Assembly (NCBI RefSeq): GCF_002105155.1
Contig: NW_019029012.1
Coordinates: forward strand, 124,001-188,000
Direction of reading: 5' to 3'
DNA from: Lobosporangium transversale
Taxonomy: Eukaryota
DNA: 64,000 nucleotides
Shown: piece by piece, positions 24,401 to 35,968 of the stretch
Numbering within the stretch: position 1 is the first letter of the stretch
Layout of the letters: each line of letters starts with the position of its first letter
The notes under the pieces: generated by a model
Seen by the model: the letters and a program-made list of their open reading frames with translations, nothing else
What the model was told of the DNA's origin: nothing
Database searches by the model: none
Translations under genes and position numbers: made by a program

Positions 24401-24628
24401 AGGAGTATACAGATGATAATCTTGAACAGGTGAAGACAGGACGGATGGCGCGATTGTGCGCAGTGGTTGCGTGTGGCCAGAAGATGAATGCTTACGAGTA
24501 GTTGTATCAGCAGCATTGCTGGTAGTAGGAGCATTATGGACAAAGGGAGCAATATCTTCAGATATTGATTCATCGCTCGGCAATCGGTGCCGTCCTTGCC
24601 TCGCAAATCCATCATTGAAGCCATCCAT
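17795..24628 (-). CDS. TRP-like cation channel with N-terminal WD40-like beta-propellers, paralog C (12 exons)
   Basis: ATG at 24628 (MDGFNDGF...PSDESISED, homologous to B). Exons match ORFs 22340-21159, 21085-19391, 19317-19060, 19044-18778, 18722-18423 and 18114-17795. Pore ALSATYFMM|GGRYDSVDTEF. Confidence 0.88.
19561..19698 (-). repeat. In-frame 33-bp (11-aa) tandem repeat x4 in the pre-membrane linker of TRP paralog C
   Basis: KEADHANSNKN / KGAVLTDSNKD / KEATHANSNKE / KGVDHADPNNK. Not expanded in paralogs A and B. Confidence 0.8.
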
Positions 24629-24769
24629 AATAATGGATTATTTAAGTAGAGTAAATGATTGATGAAAGAAAAAGAGAGCGCCAAAGGCGAAAATAAAGAG
24701 CAAGAGAAGCTAAGAGAAATAAGGAAAGAGAGAGAGGAAAAAAAAAAAAAAAAAAAAAAAAAAAATGAA

Positions 24770-25640
24770 AGATGGAAAGAAGAGAGCAAAGGAGAAGGTT
24801 TGGAGCCAGGATATGGGAAGGGTAAAAAAAGATTAACTAAAGATGGATCGCACCGGTCCGTCAGGGTACAACTTGCTAATCAAAAGAGAGGCGAATGCAA
24901 AGTGAGATCAAGGTTTTTAAAAAAAAGAGTTGGGCTCCCAACAATTGATCTCCCATCCAATAAATTTAATGATGCATTACATGGGAGCGGTGTGATTTTC
25001 CGCTTTCGTCACTCGATTTTAAATTTTTAAAGTTTCCATTATATCCATCCCCTGAAATCGATCGATCGTACTCATCAGACAGGCATCATTTTGTCGGTTG
25101 AAGAAGGAACAACTGGAAAATAATAGAGTCTACAATTAGTTCAAACAACGCCTTACCGCCCGTGGCTCAAAGCTGGAGGCCATACCGCGTTGCTGAGAAG
25201 CATACGAGATCATATTGAACTTTTGCTAACCCCTTGATATAGGAGCTTGTGATACAATAGATGTAAAAAATATTTTTGCTGTTTTGAATTCACAAAGGAA
25301 AAAGAAAGGGGCACAATATTTTTTCAACAGACACCGTGCCACACCGTATGATGCAGGGAGAAATAATGTAGTTTTCAAAGCGAACAGAAAGAACTAGAAA
25401 ATTTTTTAAAGCGATCATTAGATTGCGACATTTCATGCGCTCTGTATGTTCCTGCTCATGTTCATGCTGATATTGTTGTGAGTAAAATGCCTATTTTCCT
25501 TTCGTTACCAAGGGCTGTCATTGCTTGAATTTAGTCCAATGCTATGCATGCAAGCTGCATGTTACTTTTGAACCTTTTTTTTGACTTTTTTTTTCCTCAT
25601 GCGTAAGCTGGTGTGACAGCCCCTTTGGCCACAAAACCAT
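24770..25640. repeat. Intergenic block (upstream of TRP-C, downstream of ABCC-1) duplicated at ~35050-35730
   Basis: Shared strings include GGAGCCAGG...GGAAGGGTAAAAAAAGATT, GTCTACAATTAGTTCAAAC.ACGCCTTA, GAAGCATACGAGATCATATTGAACTTTT and CTGGTGTGACAGCCCTTTGGCCACAAAAC. Confidence 0.88.
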
Positions 25641-25860
25641 ATTCAGCATTGTTGTTTATTCATGTCCATGTGTATGTGTTACAATCTTGTCGAATGAAAG
25701 AGATCAAAGCACCTGTGCATTCGCTTGCGATCATAACCATTTACACCACAGTAAGTTTGTAAGAGACCGACTAAATGTCAAAATACGCCCTCTATCAGTA
25801 TACCTTTACATTGTTGTTTATTGCTATTCTATTCTCTTCATCATCTCTCTATTTTACACC

Positions 25861-28800
25861 TCAGACCTCCCCTGCTTGTTCCGCAAGCTTATAGAACAGT
25901 GATACATCACGTCTCCTCAACAGTTCCTTGGGCGGTCCATACTCCTTGACTCTTCCTTGTTCCATCACCAGGATCATGTCCGAGTCCATCACTGTCTTGA
26001 TCCGGTGTGCAATCGTAATCACTGTCCGATCTTTAAACGCCTCTCGGATTGTCCGCTGGATCATCTCATCTGTCTCCACATCCACTGCTGCTGTTGCTTC
26101 ATCTAACACCAAGATCTTTGTCTTCTTCAGCAGAGCTCTTGCAAGACAGACCAAGGCTCGCTGCCCAAATGAGAAGTTGTCGCCATTTTGTGCAACCTCA
26201 GAGGACAGTCCACCTGCAAGCGACGAAATGAACCCCTTCAGATGAGCACGGTCCAAGGCTTCCCATAGATCAGCATCTTCCAACTCGTGGAACGGATCCA
26301 GGTTGTCGCGGATAGTGCCAGCAAACAGAGTCGGCTCTTGGGGGATGATGGACAGATGTCTTCTCAAATCTCTCAGACCTAAGGTGGAGATGTCCACTCC
26401 ATCAATTGCAATTACACCACCATCAATGTCTCGACCATAGCTGACAAGCAATGAATTGGTATCCAATGGATCAGACGACGATGTTGCCAACAGTTCCTTC
26501 GGAGCAGATGGATCACTAGCTTTGGCCCAATATGAGTCTGCAGCCTCAATTAGCCTGAACAGCGCCAATGTCAGTGAAGACTTGCCTGCACCTGTTCTTC
26601 CAACAACTCCTACTTTTTGCTGAGGTTCTACTGTAAAGGTGGCATGTTTGATACACAGATCAAGTCCCTCTCTATAGCGTGCAGAAAAATTGTTGAATGA
26701 AATCTTGCCCTCGCTTGGCCAGTCTTCTGGAAGATGTACATGGGTCTCCAAAGGCGCCTCAGTTGGCTTATGTGAGTATTCTTGGATCCGCTCCACACTT
26801 ACAAACTGATTCTGGACATCCCCGGAGGTTCGTACCAAGATTGCAATTACATTGGATAGATTCAGTGCATAGCTCAATGCTAATCCCACAAGACTCGGGT
26901 CCAATCGATCTGCATTTAGTACAGCCAACGCAGCGGTCAGAAAGACTGCTAGAGCACAGATCACCTGTGTCCGGATTGTGAGCCATCGATTTGTCAGTAG
27001 GAACAGATTGCTTGCTTGAGCATAACTGTCTGATCGCCTCTCATTCTCAATAATGAACTGTGTTACCAGTCCTGTCTGGCAACGAATGATGGATACACCT
27101 GCAAGTGATTCACTGAAGTGCTGATAGAGTGGTGATTTTGCGGCAGATTGGAAACGTTTGAGTTGACTGCTAGTGCGGATGTAATAGGCCTGAATCATAA
27201 GGAAAATGATTGTCAATGGGATTACAGCGATGAGGAATTGCAGGGTTGAATAAGCGATGACAGCAATGATCCCTAGCGACGTGAATATCCAACCGAGTAG
27301 AGCAGGCAGCTGTTCAGGAATCTGACTGTCCACAGCTGTTACATCTGATGAAAACCTGTTGACTATCCGCCCCATGCTACCCATCGAAGATGAGACAGTT
27401 GGAAATAAAATACCATACATGGGTTAGATATGACGTGCTTAATACTATATATGTTTAGCATTCAAAGAGAGTAATCAAGTCAATCTTACGGAGTGGTGTC
27501 AAAGAAACTCATGGGCATGCGCAATACACGCACCAATAACCCATCGTGCAAAGCCTTGGCGCCTTGGATACCACAAGTAACATTGGTCATATAGCTGACC
27601 GTGACATCCATAGCTATATATACGGCAACCAAGAGCGCATATCCACTCAAGTAAAAAGCAGTCGAATGGCGATCCGAGCTTTGTTTCTCTTCTTGTGTGA
27701 CCCAGTAACGAAGCCAAAAGCTAGTACTGATCTGACAACCCTGGGCGAGTGTATACAGGAGTAAGCAAATACAGGCCTGACGAAGCGAACTAGCAATGTA
27801 TTAACGAGTATGAAATAGTCAGTAACAGATAAAGGATTCAATATCAACCACAAGGGTCCTCTATTCTTAAAGAATATGAACTGAGCCAAGCGAACGAGCG
27901 ATACTTACATAGCTTTGGCATACTCCCAGTAGGCCCCCCACCCAACGTTGCCGACTTCAAGATTCTCCATACCAATGAGATCTCCCTTGCACTTTATGCT
28001 GCTGTTGCAACTGTGGTCAGTCGCGGCCATATCTGCATCCTGTTTAGCTTCGCCGTTTTCAGGTCTAGCACCCATTACAGTATCAGGTTGCTTTGTAAAT
28101 ACTTCTCTGGCTTCCGTTGAAGTATTTTTGTCGATATCCCCGATGGACTCAGATGCTATCCGCTGTTGTTGCTCATGTTCTAGCGCCAGAAGTTGTGCCT
28201 GCTGCTTCTTCTTTTCTTGAACTGAATAGTCTGTAATCAGTTGATAGAACGCTTCCTTGGCTCGCATTAGCTCTTGGTACTCTCCTGTCTCGGTGACTCT
28301 TCCATCATTTAGTACTATGATCTGGTCTACATATTCCAAATGGTGGATCCCATGTGTCACTAGTAGCCTGGTCTTGTCCTTCAAGAGTCCATTAGGCCCA
28401 ATCAAGTGCTGCCACAGATGTTGATCTACATGAGCATCCACAGCGCTCAAAGGGTCGTCTAGCAAGTAAATATCTGCATCTTGATAGGCTGCGCGTGCCA
28501 ATGCAATTCGTTGTTTCTGGCCTCCTGATAGATTTATTCCACGCTCCCCAATTTCTGTCGAGTCGCCTGCTGGGAGCATCTCGATATCTGGAATGAGTCC
28601 AGCAGCCATGATGATGTGATCATATTTATCTTGTATAAAGGGTTTGCCAAATAGAACATTGTTCCGAAGAGTCGCATTGATGATCCATGCTTGTTGCGGA
28701 ACATATGCCAGGTTTCCAAATACTCTGACAGCACCTTGGAGCTTGTACATTTCGCCGATTATGGCAGAGAGAATCGTGGACTTGCCTTGGCCAATCCGTC

Positions 28801-31800
28801 CGACAATAGCAGTCAAGTGGCCACGAGGGATCTGTACAGTAATATTCATGAGAGTGGGACGATTAGGCGTAGATGATGCGGACGAAGAATATGTTGCTTG
28901 CGGTTTAGAACCCAACAAAGGTTGTTGTGCTGCCTGTTCCTCGGATAGACTTGCTGTTATCTCAGCAGGAGCAACAGTAGCCGCACCAAAGTCTTCGCCT
29001 GCTGCCCTCCCCCATGTAAATGTTCCGTTCTCAATCTCGACTGCCACCCATTTTCCATCCACAGTCTTTGAAGAAGGAGAAGCCAGAGTCGATGATGCCG
29101 CAGCTAGTTCTGCAGGTGAATCTTGAGGGCTATACCGCTCCACTGCTGTGGAATCGATTTCTTCAAGCAGTAAAAACTTTCGAATTCTGCCATTGGCACT
29201 TCTCAGCATGATCACATGTGAAATAGCCTGCGGGACTAGGCCCATAGGGCGGCCCATTGTTATGAAGAGAGTAATCCCGACAAAGACAATCTCAGGAGTT
29301 ACTTTGGCAGGTGTGAAGCCAGGTCCTCCCCAATAAGCATAAACAGAGAATGTTGCAAGCGCGATCAACAGGATGGCGGACGAGAAGACGATTACCAAAA
29401 AAGCGCGGACAGTGGCCAAGGCCCTCTGTGCACCAAGTTCTTGAGAGCGTAGACTGTCAATTTTTCGATGGAAGGCATCTTCCCTGTGAAATACATTTGT
29501 TGGACAAGTGGCAATGAAAAGTGAAAGCAATGTAAAAAAAAAAAAAAAAAAAAAAAAAAATAGGGTGCACGTCAACAACTTTGTCTTGAGAATGTGTAAA
29601 GAGGTTTTTTTTTTTTTTTTTTCTTTTTTCCTTCTTAGACGTACCAAGCTTGAAGCTTAACAATCTTGATGTTCGCAAGGATCTCAGTCATAAGTCCTAA
29701 GCGCTTATCTGCGACTTTGAGTTTCTCTCGTTGATGCGAGTGGAGGAGGCCAGCCATCTTAGTCTGGATTGGCATAATGATCGCAAACACTGCCAAACCC
29801 GCAACTAAGGACCAGCCTAGCAGCCGATAGAGTAAGAAAACAGCGATTGCAATCTCAAATGGGATAGTGAGCGTCAATGGTAGGAAATTAGGGGCCACCA
29901 TCCAACTCTCAGCATCAACGGCCATAAGATTGCCTAACAGATAGACAGAGTGATAAGTAAAGAGTCAACACCATTTCATATCTTGAATGCATCAACCAGG
30001 CTATCAAGAGCTCAATTGTAGGGCGGCGGGACTAAAGACTTACTGATTTCACCTAATGTCGATTTACTCCTTGCGTGTGGTGACAGCTTCAACGACTTTC
30101 TGTAGATCATAGCTACTAAAGCACCGCGGATCTCAATACCCAAATATGAGCACGCATTCGAGGACATGGACAGGAACAATCCACTGAAAAATGTTCCTGC
30201 AAAGATCCCCACGGAGATTAAGATGCCATTGGTGATTGCTGGGTGCGGTAAATGTTTTTTGACAGCCTCAGAATAATCTGCAAAGAATCGTAGTAGGTGA
30301 CTAAATAAATAAATAGGGACATACCGGAGCGCATAGCTCAATAGACGGATGGCCATGGCAAAGAAAACGCGCCACTTGTATGCATATAATACTGTGAGAA
30401 TTAATGATGGGCCTCCTTGGAGTGTGATGGGGTCTGACTCGAAGTATGTCTTCTTGCTGCTACCATGCTCTCTCTTTCTCTCATTTTCGATCTTGTTTCT
30501 ACTCTTTTGATGCTTGCTATGTTTACTTTGGTATCGCTCTAAACATTTTTCCCATGTAGCTGATACAGCCTCATAGTTCGAATGAGTTTTTAGAGCTACC
30601 GGCATTGGTTCTTCCACGTCCTTGGGAGTCAAGATCTTTCTGGCACCGAGGGACATCATAGGTTGTGCATAATGGAAGATCAGTCTCGAAAATAGATTTG
30701 CTTGGTCCATTCTAGACAGATTCTCCTGCTCACGGCTAACGCGTTGGACACGAGTGTGACCTCTAGGCAAGGCTTCAAAGAAGAATGCGAGCGCGATGGA
30801 TCCAGTGAAGGCGAGAAGGTATCGTAGCGGCTCTAGTTTGAAGTCAATGATAGGAGGTGGGCCTGGTTTCCCGTTGGCGACAATAGCATTGTTGATATTG
30901 TATTCCAGTTCTACATCTAGGACGTTGAGCGGAGGGATATCGAAGCCATCATTCAGGATAAAGAGTGAGAGCAAGCTGCCTAGAAGTGTCACCAAGTAGT
31001 AGAGGAACAAGTAATCTGATGACCGAACCTCGAAGCGATGCTCGTTTGTATTCAAAGCCATTGCTGTTGTCTGCACAAGTATAAGAACGAGATATTGTAA
31101 AAATAAAATAAAAATAAAAAAGGGCTAGGTTAGATTCTTGAGCCGATAACAGTTTTCTGTTTACTCAACAAGTTTAATTTTATGTGCTGTGCATGGGCCT
31201 CATTCTCTGTTACTGCGCATTTTTTGGATCCACACATTCAACTAAACGCACAGTAATAGGCAAAGGGGTTTTGATCTTAACTTTCTGTCTCGACTTTTAC
31301 TCCCTCCCCATTGACATTATCCATTCCCTGGCAAGCTTGCTTCCAAGCTCTAAAATAAGGCTTGTTTCAGCCACACCACACGGACGCAACAGCAACAAAG
31401 CCTGTATTGATTAAAACCTTACAAAACAATGAAGTCCCCATATCGTAAGAAAATGACAAAAATTTCGAGAATACCTTGCATGTATGCATCTTTTAAAGCA
31501 CAGCACAGCCATTATTTAGCAATAAGAATTTTCCGCAAAAGGATAGGCTGACAAAGATAATATTGATATTATGAATGACATTACAGTGCTATCTTTTTTC
31601 GCTTTTCTTTTTTTTTTTTTTTTTTTTTACGTACCCAAGCAAGCCATACCCACATGGCGCTTCCGAGAAGGCCGTCAGCAGAAGCTATATAAGGCCCGGT
31701 GGCCAAAGTAATTGCCAGGCCCAACAGAGAAAAGCAAGCACAGAGGATGAAGAGTTGAGTAGGCCAATAGATCAAGCCCGTTCGGCCATAAGAATGTGGC

Positions 31801-31952
31801 GTCTTGTTTTGCTTCAACCAACGGATGCGGATAATAAAAATGACTGTAGCAATCATGGCGGGACAGCCAAGAGTGAGAAAATGGCCTCCATGAATCATCA
31901 AGAATGCTATCCATTCCTGAGCAGGGTCGTTGGGTTGTTGGGAAGGATGCAT
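25861..31952 (-). CDS. ABCC (MRP/Ycf1-like) ABC transporter, copy 1 (TMD0-TMD1-NBD1-TMD2-NBD2; 6 exons)
   Basis: Exons 31952-31635, 31070-30044, 29933-29645, 29483-27909, 27789-27490 and 27376-25861 splice in frame. NBD1 has GRIGQGKS, LSGGQKQR and IYLLDDPLSAVD. NBD2 has GRTGAGKS, FSFGQR, LVLDEATAAVD and IAHR. The FFDTTP-GRIVNRFSSD motif is present. Confidence 0.95.
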
Positions 31953-32138
31953 TGGACCGAAGAAGTATTTGATATAACAAGCACAATGCAAATAACGTAA
32001 GATAGACAACAGTAGGCTTTCAGTTCCTAAACGGCTGTTAATAGAGTGAAGAGAAGAAAAGAAGATGGAAGCTACTTGAGCAGGAGGGCGATGAAGCCGA
32101 GGAATGGAGGAGGTATCTAGTTGTAAGGAAAATATGGA

Positions 32139-32172
<34 letters not shown>

Positions 32173-32405
32173 GAGGGAGCAGATACGGGATGATGTGTAA
32201 CCAGACTCTTTCCTTTTCGCAAATTTGCATGTCATCTCAGCAACTCACTTCTTGCTTGGTTAGCACAATCCAAAAAAACAATGTATTCTTGACATGTATG
32301 ATCTTTTTCCATTCTCAGAAAATTTATTTAACATGTGTTTAATCTGTAGACTATTTTCATACCCAAAGTAACTTCCATTGTTCTGGATCGTTCAGAAATC
32401 TAGGC

Positions 32406-32645
32406 AAAAGGTATTCGCTACTTGTGCTCTCCAGCTTCCATGCCCAAGGGGCTTCAAGGTTAAATAAATAGAACTTATAGCTTTCAAGCATTGGAGTACG
32501 GGCTACAACCTCAATGAATTGCTGATGAATACGGATAAAAAAAAATCACCTGTTGAATCGTGTATGTCCCCTGATAAGCTTTGTATGGACTAAGTGCAGT
32601 ATTGTACACCATATCCATCTTTGGTCAGCACAAAGGGGTATCCGT
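32406..32645 (-). pseudogene. Degenerate relic of the SDR gene (copy of ~42980-43110 and ~43495-43578)
   Basis: AAAAGGTATTCGCTACTTGTGCTCTCCAGC...CATGCCCA...AAGGTTAAATAAATAGAACTTATAGCT matches SDR AAAAAGTATTCACCGCTTGTGCTCTCCAAC...CATGCCCA...AAGGCTAGATAGATAGAACTCATAGCT. CATATCCATCTTTGGTCAGCACAAAGGGGTATCC matches CATATCCATCCTTGGTCAACATAAAAGGAATATCC. It has indels and sits at the same position relative to its ABCC gene as the intact SDR. Confidence 0.82.
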
Positions 32646-33531
32646 GGTTAGAGGAAGCTCATTTTTATTTTTATTTTTATTTTTTTATTTTCAACAGACA
32701 TGATACCCATACTGCAAATAAGCGGACAAAGACCTTTTTTTTTTAAAAAAAAATATAAATAACGAATAAAAAGAAAGTTCAAAAAAGCCAGCGTAGCATC
32801 ACGGCATTGCATGTGTTCTGTATGTCCATGCCCATATTACTATCGCCATGAATAAGGTGCTCATTTTTATCTTTATAACTGAAAGAACCAAGATCAGAAG
32901 ACGCGACTTGGCTTGACAGACCTATGAGGACCCGAAACAAATTAATCAATCGCACGTGATCTTTTCTGAAACAGACAAAAAGTCATTCATCAATTCATGA
33001 GCTCGACATGGTTTGCTGTTCGTGACAGCTCCATCACCAGGACCAAGTAGGTAAGAAGAAAAGAGATTGGGTAATGAAAGAAGAGAATAAAGCTAAAGTG
33101 TTTTCGTAGTATTATTTTATTGATCTCATAATAAACCAATCATGCATCGTGAAGACGACAAAGAAAGTCTTACGCCCAGTATCCACAGCCATCCAAGGTG
33201 CATGCTTTTTCTTTGCCGTTGAAAAAGAAAGAAGAAAGATGTAGGACGAGATCAGTCAGCAGAGGACTTTAAAAGAAAAAAAAGTTTATTTTTAGTTTAA
33301 GCGTAATTCTGTAGCTCGAGCATCATTAATGAGAAAGATTACAAAGGAAAGGGTCGCTGGACTATGAAGGGATCTTCTGTATCATTTAATATTGCTCTGA
33401 ATTTTCAGAATGAGGGCTTCAGTCATTATTTGCAATGTTTATCCCCAGTAAGGACCCTTTTTTCTATGGTAAGACAGCGTCTCCCTTACTGGATCGCAGG
33501 AACACGTAGAATGAGTATAATCAAACTTCGA

Positions 33532-33755
33532 ATTTATTATTAAAATCGTCCGGATAAAAATAAAGTTCTAAGCTTTACAGGCTATGTGTTCAGGTAATAT
33601 TGCACTTATCCTTCCCTTACATGCAAATCTGAGTCGGAATGACCGAATGATATTCGTGCATTCAAGGGGAATGATAAGTGCATTGTCGCCTGAACACAGA
33701 GTCTGTAAAGCTTAAATAAAATTTTATTTTTATCCGGACGATTTTGATAATAAAT
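33532..33755. mobile_element. Fold-back / MITE-like inverted repeat (~95-bp imperfect arms)
   Basis: Left arm ATTTATTATTAAAATCGTCCGGATAAAAATAAAG...AAGCTTTACAGGCTATGTGTTCAGG...TGCACTTATC is the near reverse complement of GATAAGTGCA...CCTGAACACAGAGTCTGTAAAGCTT...TTTATTTTTATCCGGACGATTTTGATAATAAAT. The inverted repeat is clear; mobility is inferred and no target-site duplication was identified. Confidence 0.65.
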
Positions 33756-33937
33756 CGTCCGGATATTTGTAGTTCGAATTGGAGGCATTGCACTTTTATT
33801 ATTTACCTTGGGTCTTAATGAACTCCACTGGCATTGTTAGACTGCGGTCAGTGGAAATGTAAAATTGAGATCCTTTTTTTTGTTTTCTGCAGATCATACC
33901 AATACACACACATATATCCATTTTAATGCCTTAAGGC

Positions 33938-34337
33938 TAGGGGTGACTATAGTCGTTGTTATGCAGTGCACTGAAGCAATAGTTCCTTGAGTTACTACAT
34001 GCACATTCATTGCTTCGCCTGCTGCTCCTGCATGCGGATTCATCGCCTTCCCTACTGTTCTTCAGCTGCTTCTGCAGTTGCTTCACGTGTTCATCCACAT
34101 TAGCCATATTTTTTCCCATTTCCTTAATGGTGTCAACATCCAGCTTTTCTTAAACGCTTTCGTTTGTTGCTTAGTCGCTATGAAAATATGCCTCGCTAGG
34201 GAAGCAGCCGTATGTCTCGTAGTAACCGAAGGTATGATAGAACACATTTTCTTCTGCATCAATGTATTTCAGACGCGATTAAATTCACCATCCATCATCA
34301 CGCTTCGCGAATGCCACATTGATAAGCGCTAAAAAAG

Positions 34338-34371
<34 letters not shown>

Positions 34372-34608
34372 AAAGAAAAATCCGCTCTTAATGGACCATT
34401 AAAGCTACTTTGCGCATGCATTTATAGGATATTCACAACGGTTAGAGGCCTCAGAGAAATAGAAGAAAGAATATTGTATCAAAGAACGCATAGTAATAAC
34501 CACACTTACCTTCAAGTTGGCAGTGAAGAAAAAGGACATCATAATCATAAAATGGAAGGCCCAGTGCATATAAGGAAACTCTGTATCATATAGTCATATC
34601 ACCCGCCT
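33938..34608 (-). pseudogene. Relic of a fourth TRP-like channel gene (last two exons only)
   Basis: Reads ALINVAFAKRDDGW*I*SRLKYIDAEENVFYHTFGYYETYGCFP(frameshift)...MGKNMANVDEHVKQLQKQL, homologous to the last exon of paralog B, with premature stops. A degenerate pore/S6 exon (...DTEF...HWAFHFMIMMSFFFT) lies at ~34510-34608. Confidence 0.9.
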
Positions 34609-35968
34609 TAAATAACAAAATAAACTATTGTATATAGGTAGGATATATAGTTGATGTAAGAACCAGAAAGCTCTAAAGCTGAAAATAAAAGCGAGGGATA
34701 AGAGAAAAGGGAAGGAAAGATATGAAAAATATTTTCAGATAGATAGTAGACAGTCGAAAAGTAAGTGAGAATAAGATGTGGGTCCACACACTACACCCAT
34801 GGATTACTTTATTCATTTCTGGTAGAGGGACTTGTACCAGATAACTACATATCTATAAGACAACATGGGTTCTCGTGTCAAAGATTTGTCGCGTCTTAGT
34901 GTGACGCGTTATTGCCACTAGTTTCTACTGCTAGTTTTATTTTTTATCGTACTATTTCAGTTGAAATTTCTCTAGTGTGTATTTTTTTAAGATCTTCCTA
35001 GTTTTTTAGTCGGACCATTATTATATTGCATATTGAAATATGCAACAAGATGGAAGGAAGAAAGCAAATGAGAGAAGAACTGGAGCCAGGGTTTAGGAAG
35101 GGTAAAAAAAGATTCATATGAAGATCGCACCAGTCCGATAGAGGGCGCGAAAGCAAAGTGGGATCAAGGTTGTTTAAAAACAGTTGGGTTCCCAACAATA
35201 TCTCCACCCAATAAATTTACAAACCTCAAGTGTAATTTTCCTTCCTATCCCCTGAAATTAATCGATCATATTCATCAGACAGACAGCATCCTGTCGTTTG
35301 AAGAAGGAATAACTGGAAGGTAATAGAGAGTCTACAATTAGTTCAAACTACGCCTTATCTCCCATAGGAGTCTTAGCTGGAGGCTATGCCGCATTGCTAT
35401 GAAGCATACGAGATCATATTGAACTTTTATTTTCAACAGACACAGTGCCACATTGGTTGCAGATTGAAATAATGTAGTTTCTCTAACAGCAAACAGAAAG
35501 AGCTAGAAAGAAATTTTAAAGCAATCATGTTCTACATGTTCATGCTCATATTCATGCTCATCTTGATATTGTTGTGAGTAAATGTTTGTTTTTCTTTCTT
35601 ACTGAAGGCAACCATTGTTTGAACTTTGTCCGATATCATGCAAGCTACATCTTGCTCTGCACCTTTTTTTTGTCTTTTTTTCTCATGCTCCCGTAAACTG
35701 GTGTGACAGCCCTTTGGCCACAAAACGTATGTGTTTAGATCCCGTCGTAGAAAAAAATTCAATGCACCTGTGCATTTGCTTACCAATATGCCATTACGGT
35801 TCTTGTTCACTTCTATAACACCTGTACTACATTGTTGCGATATGAAGTACCTCTATTGTAAATATTGTAAGGAACTGGCTGGACAACAAAATATGCCCTC
35901 TACCAGTATACCTTTACATTGTTGTTTATTGCTATTCTATTCTCTTCATCATCTCTCTATTTTACACC

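Noticed and set aside
26190..28520. Non-canonical ABC motifs (NBD1 Walker B ending in DD, NBD2 signature FSFGQ) as signs of inactivation
   Set aside because: One degenerate ATPase site is normal for the ABCC subfamily.
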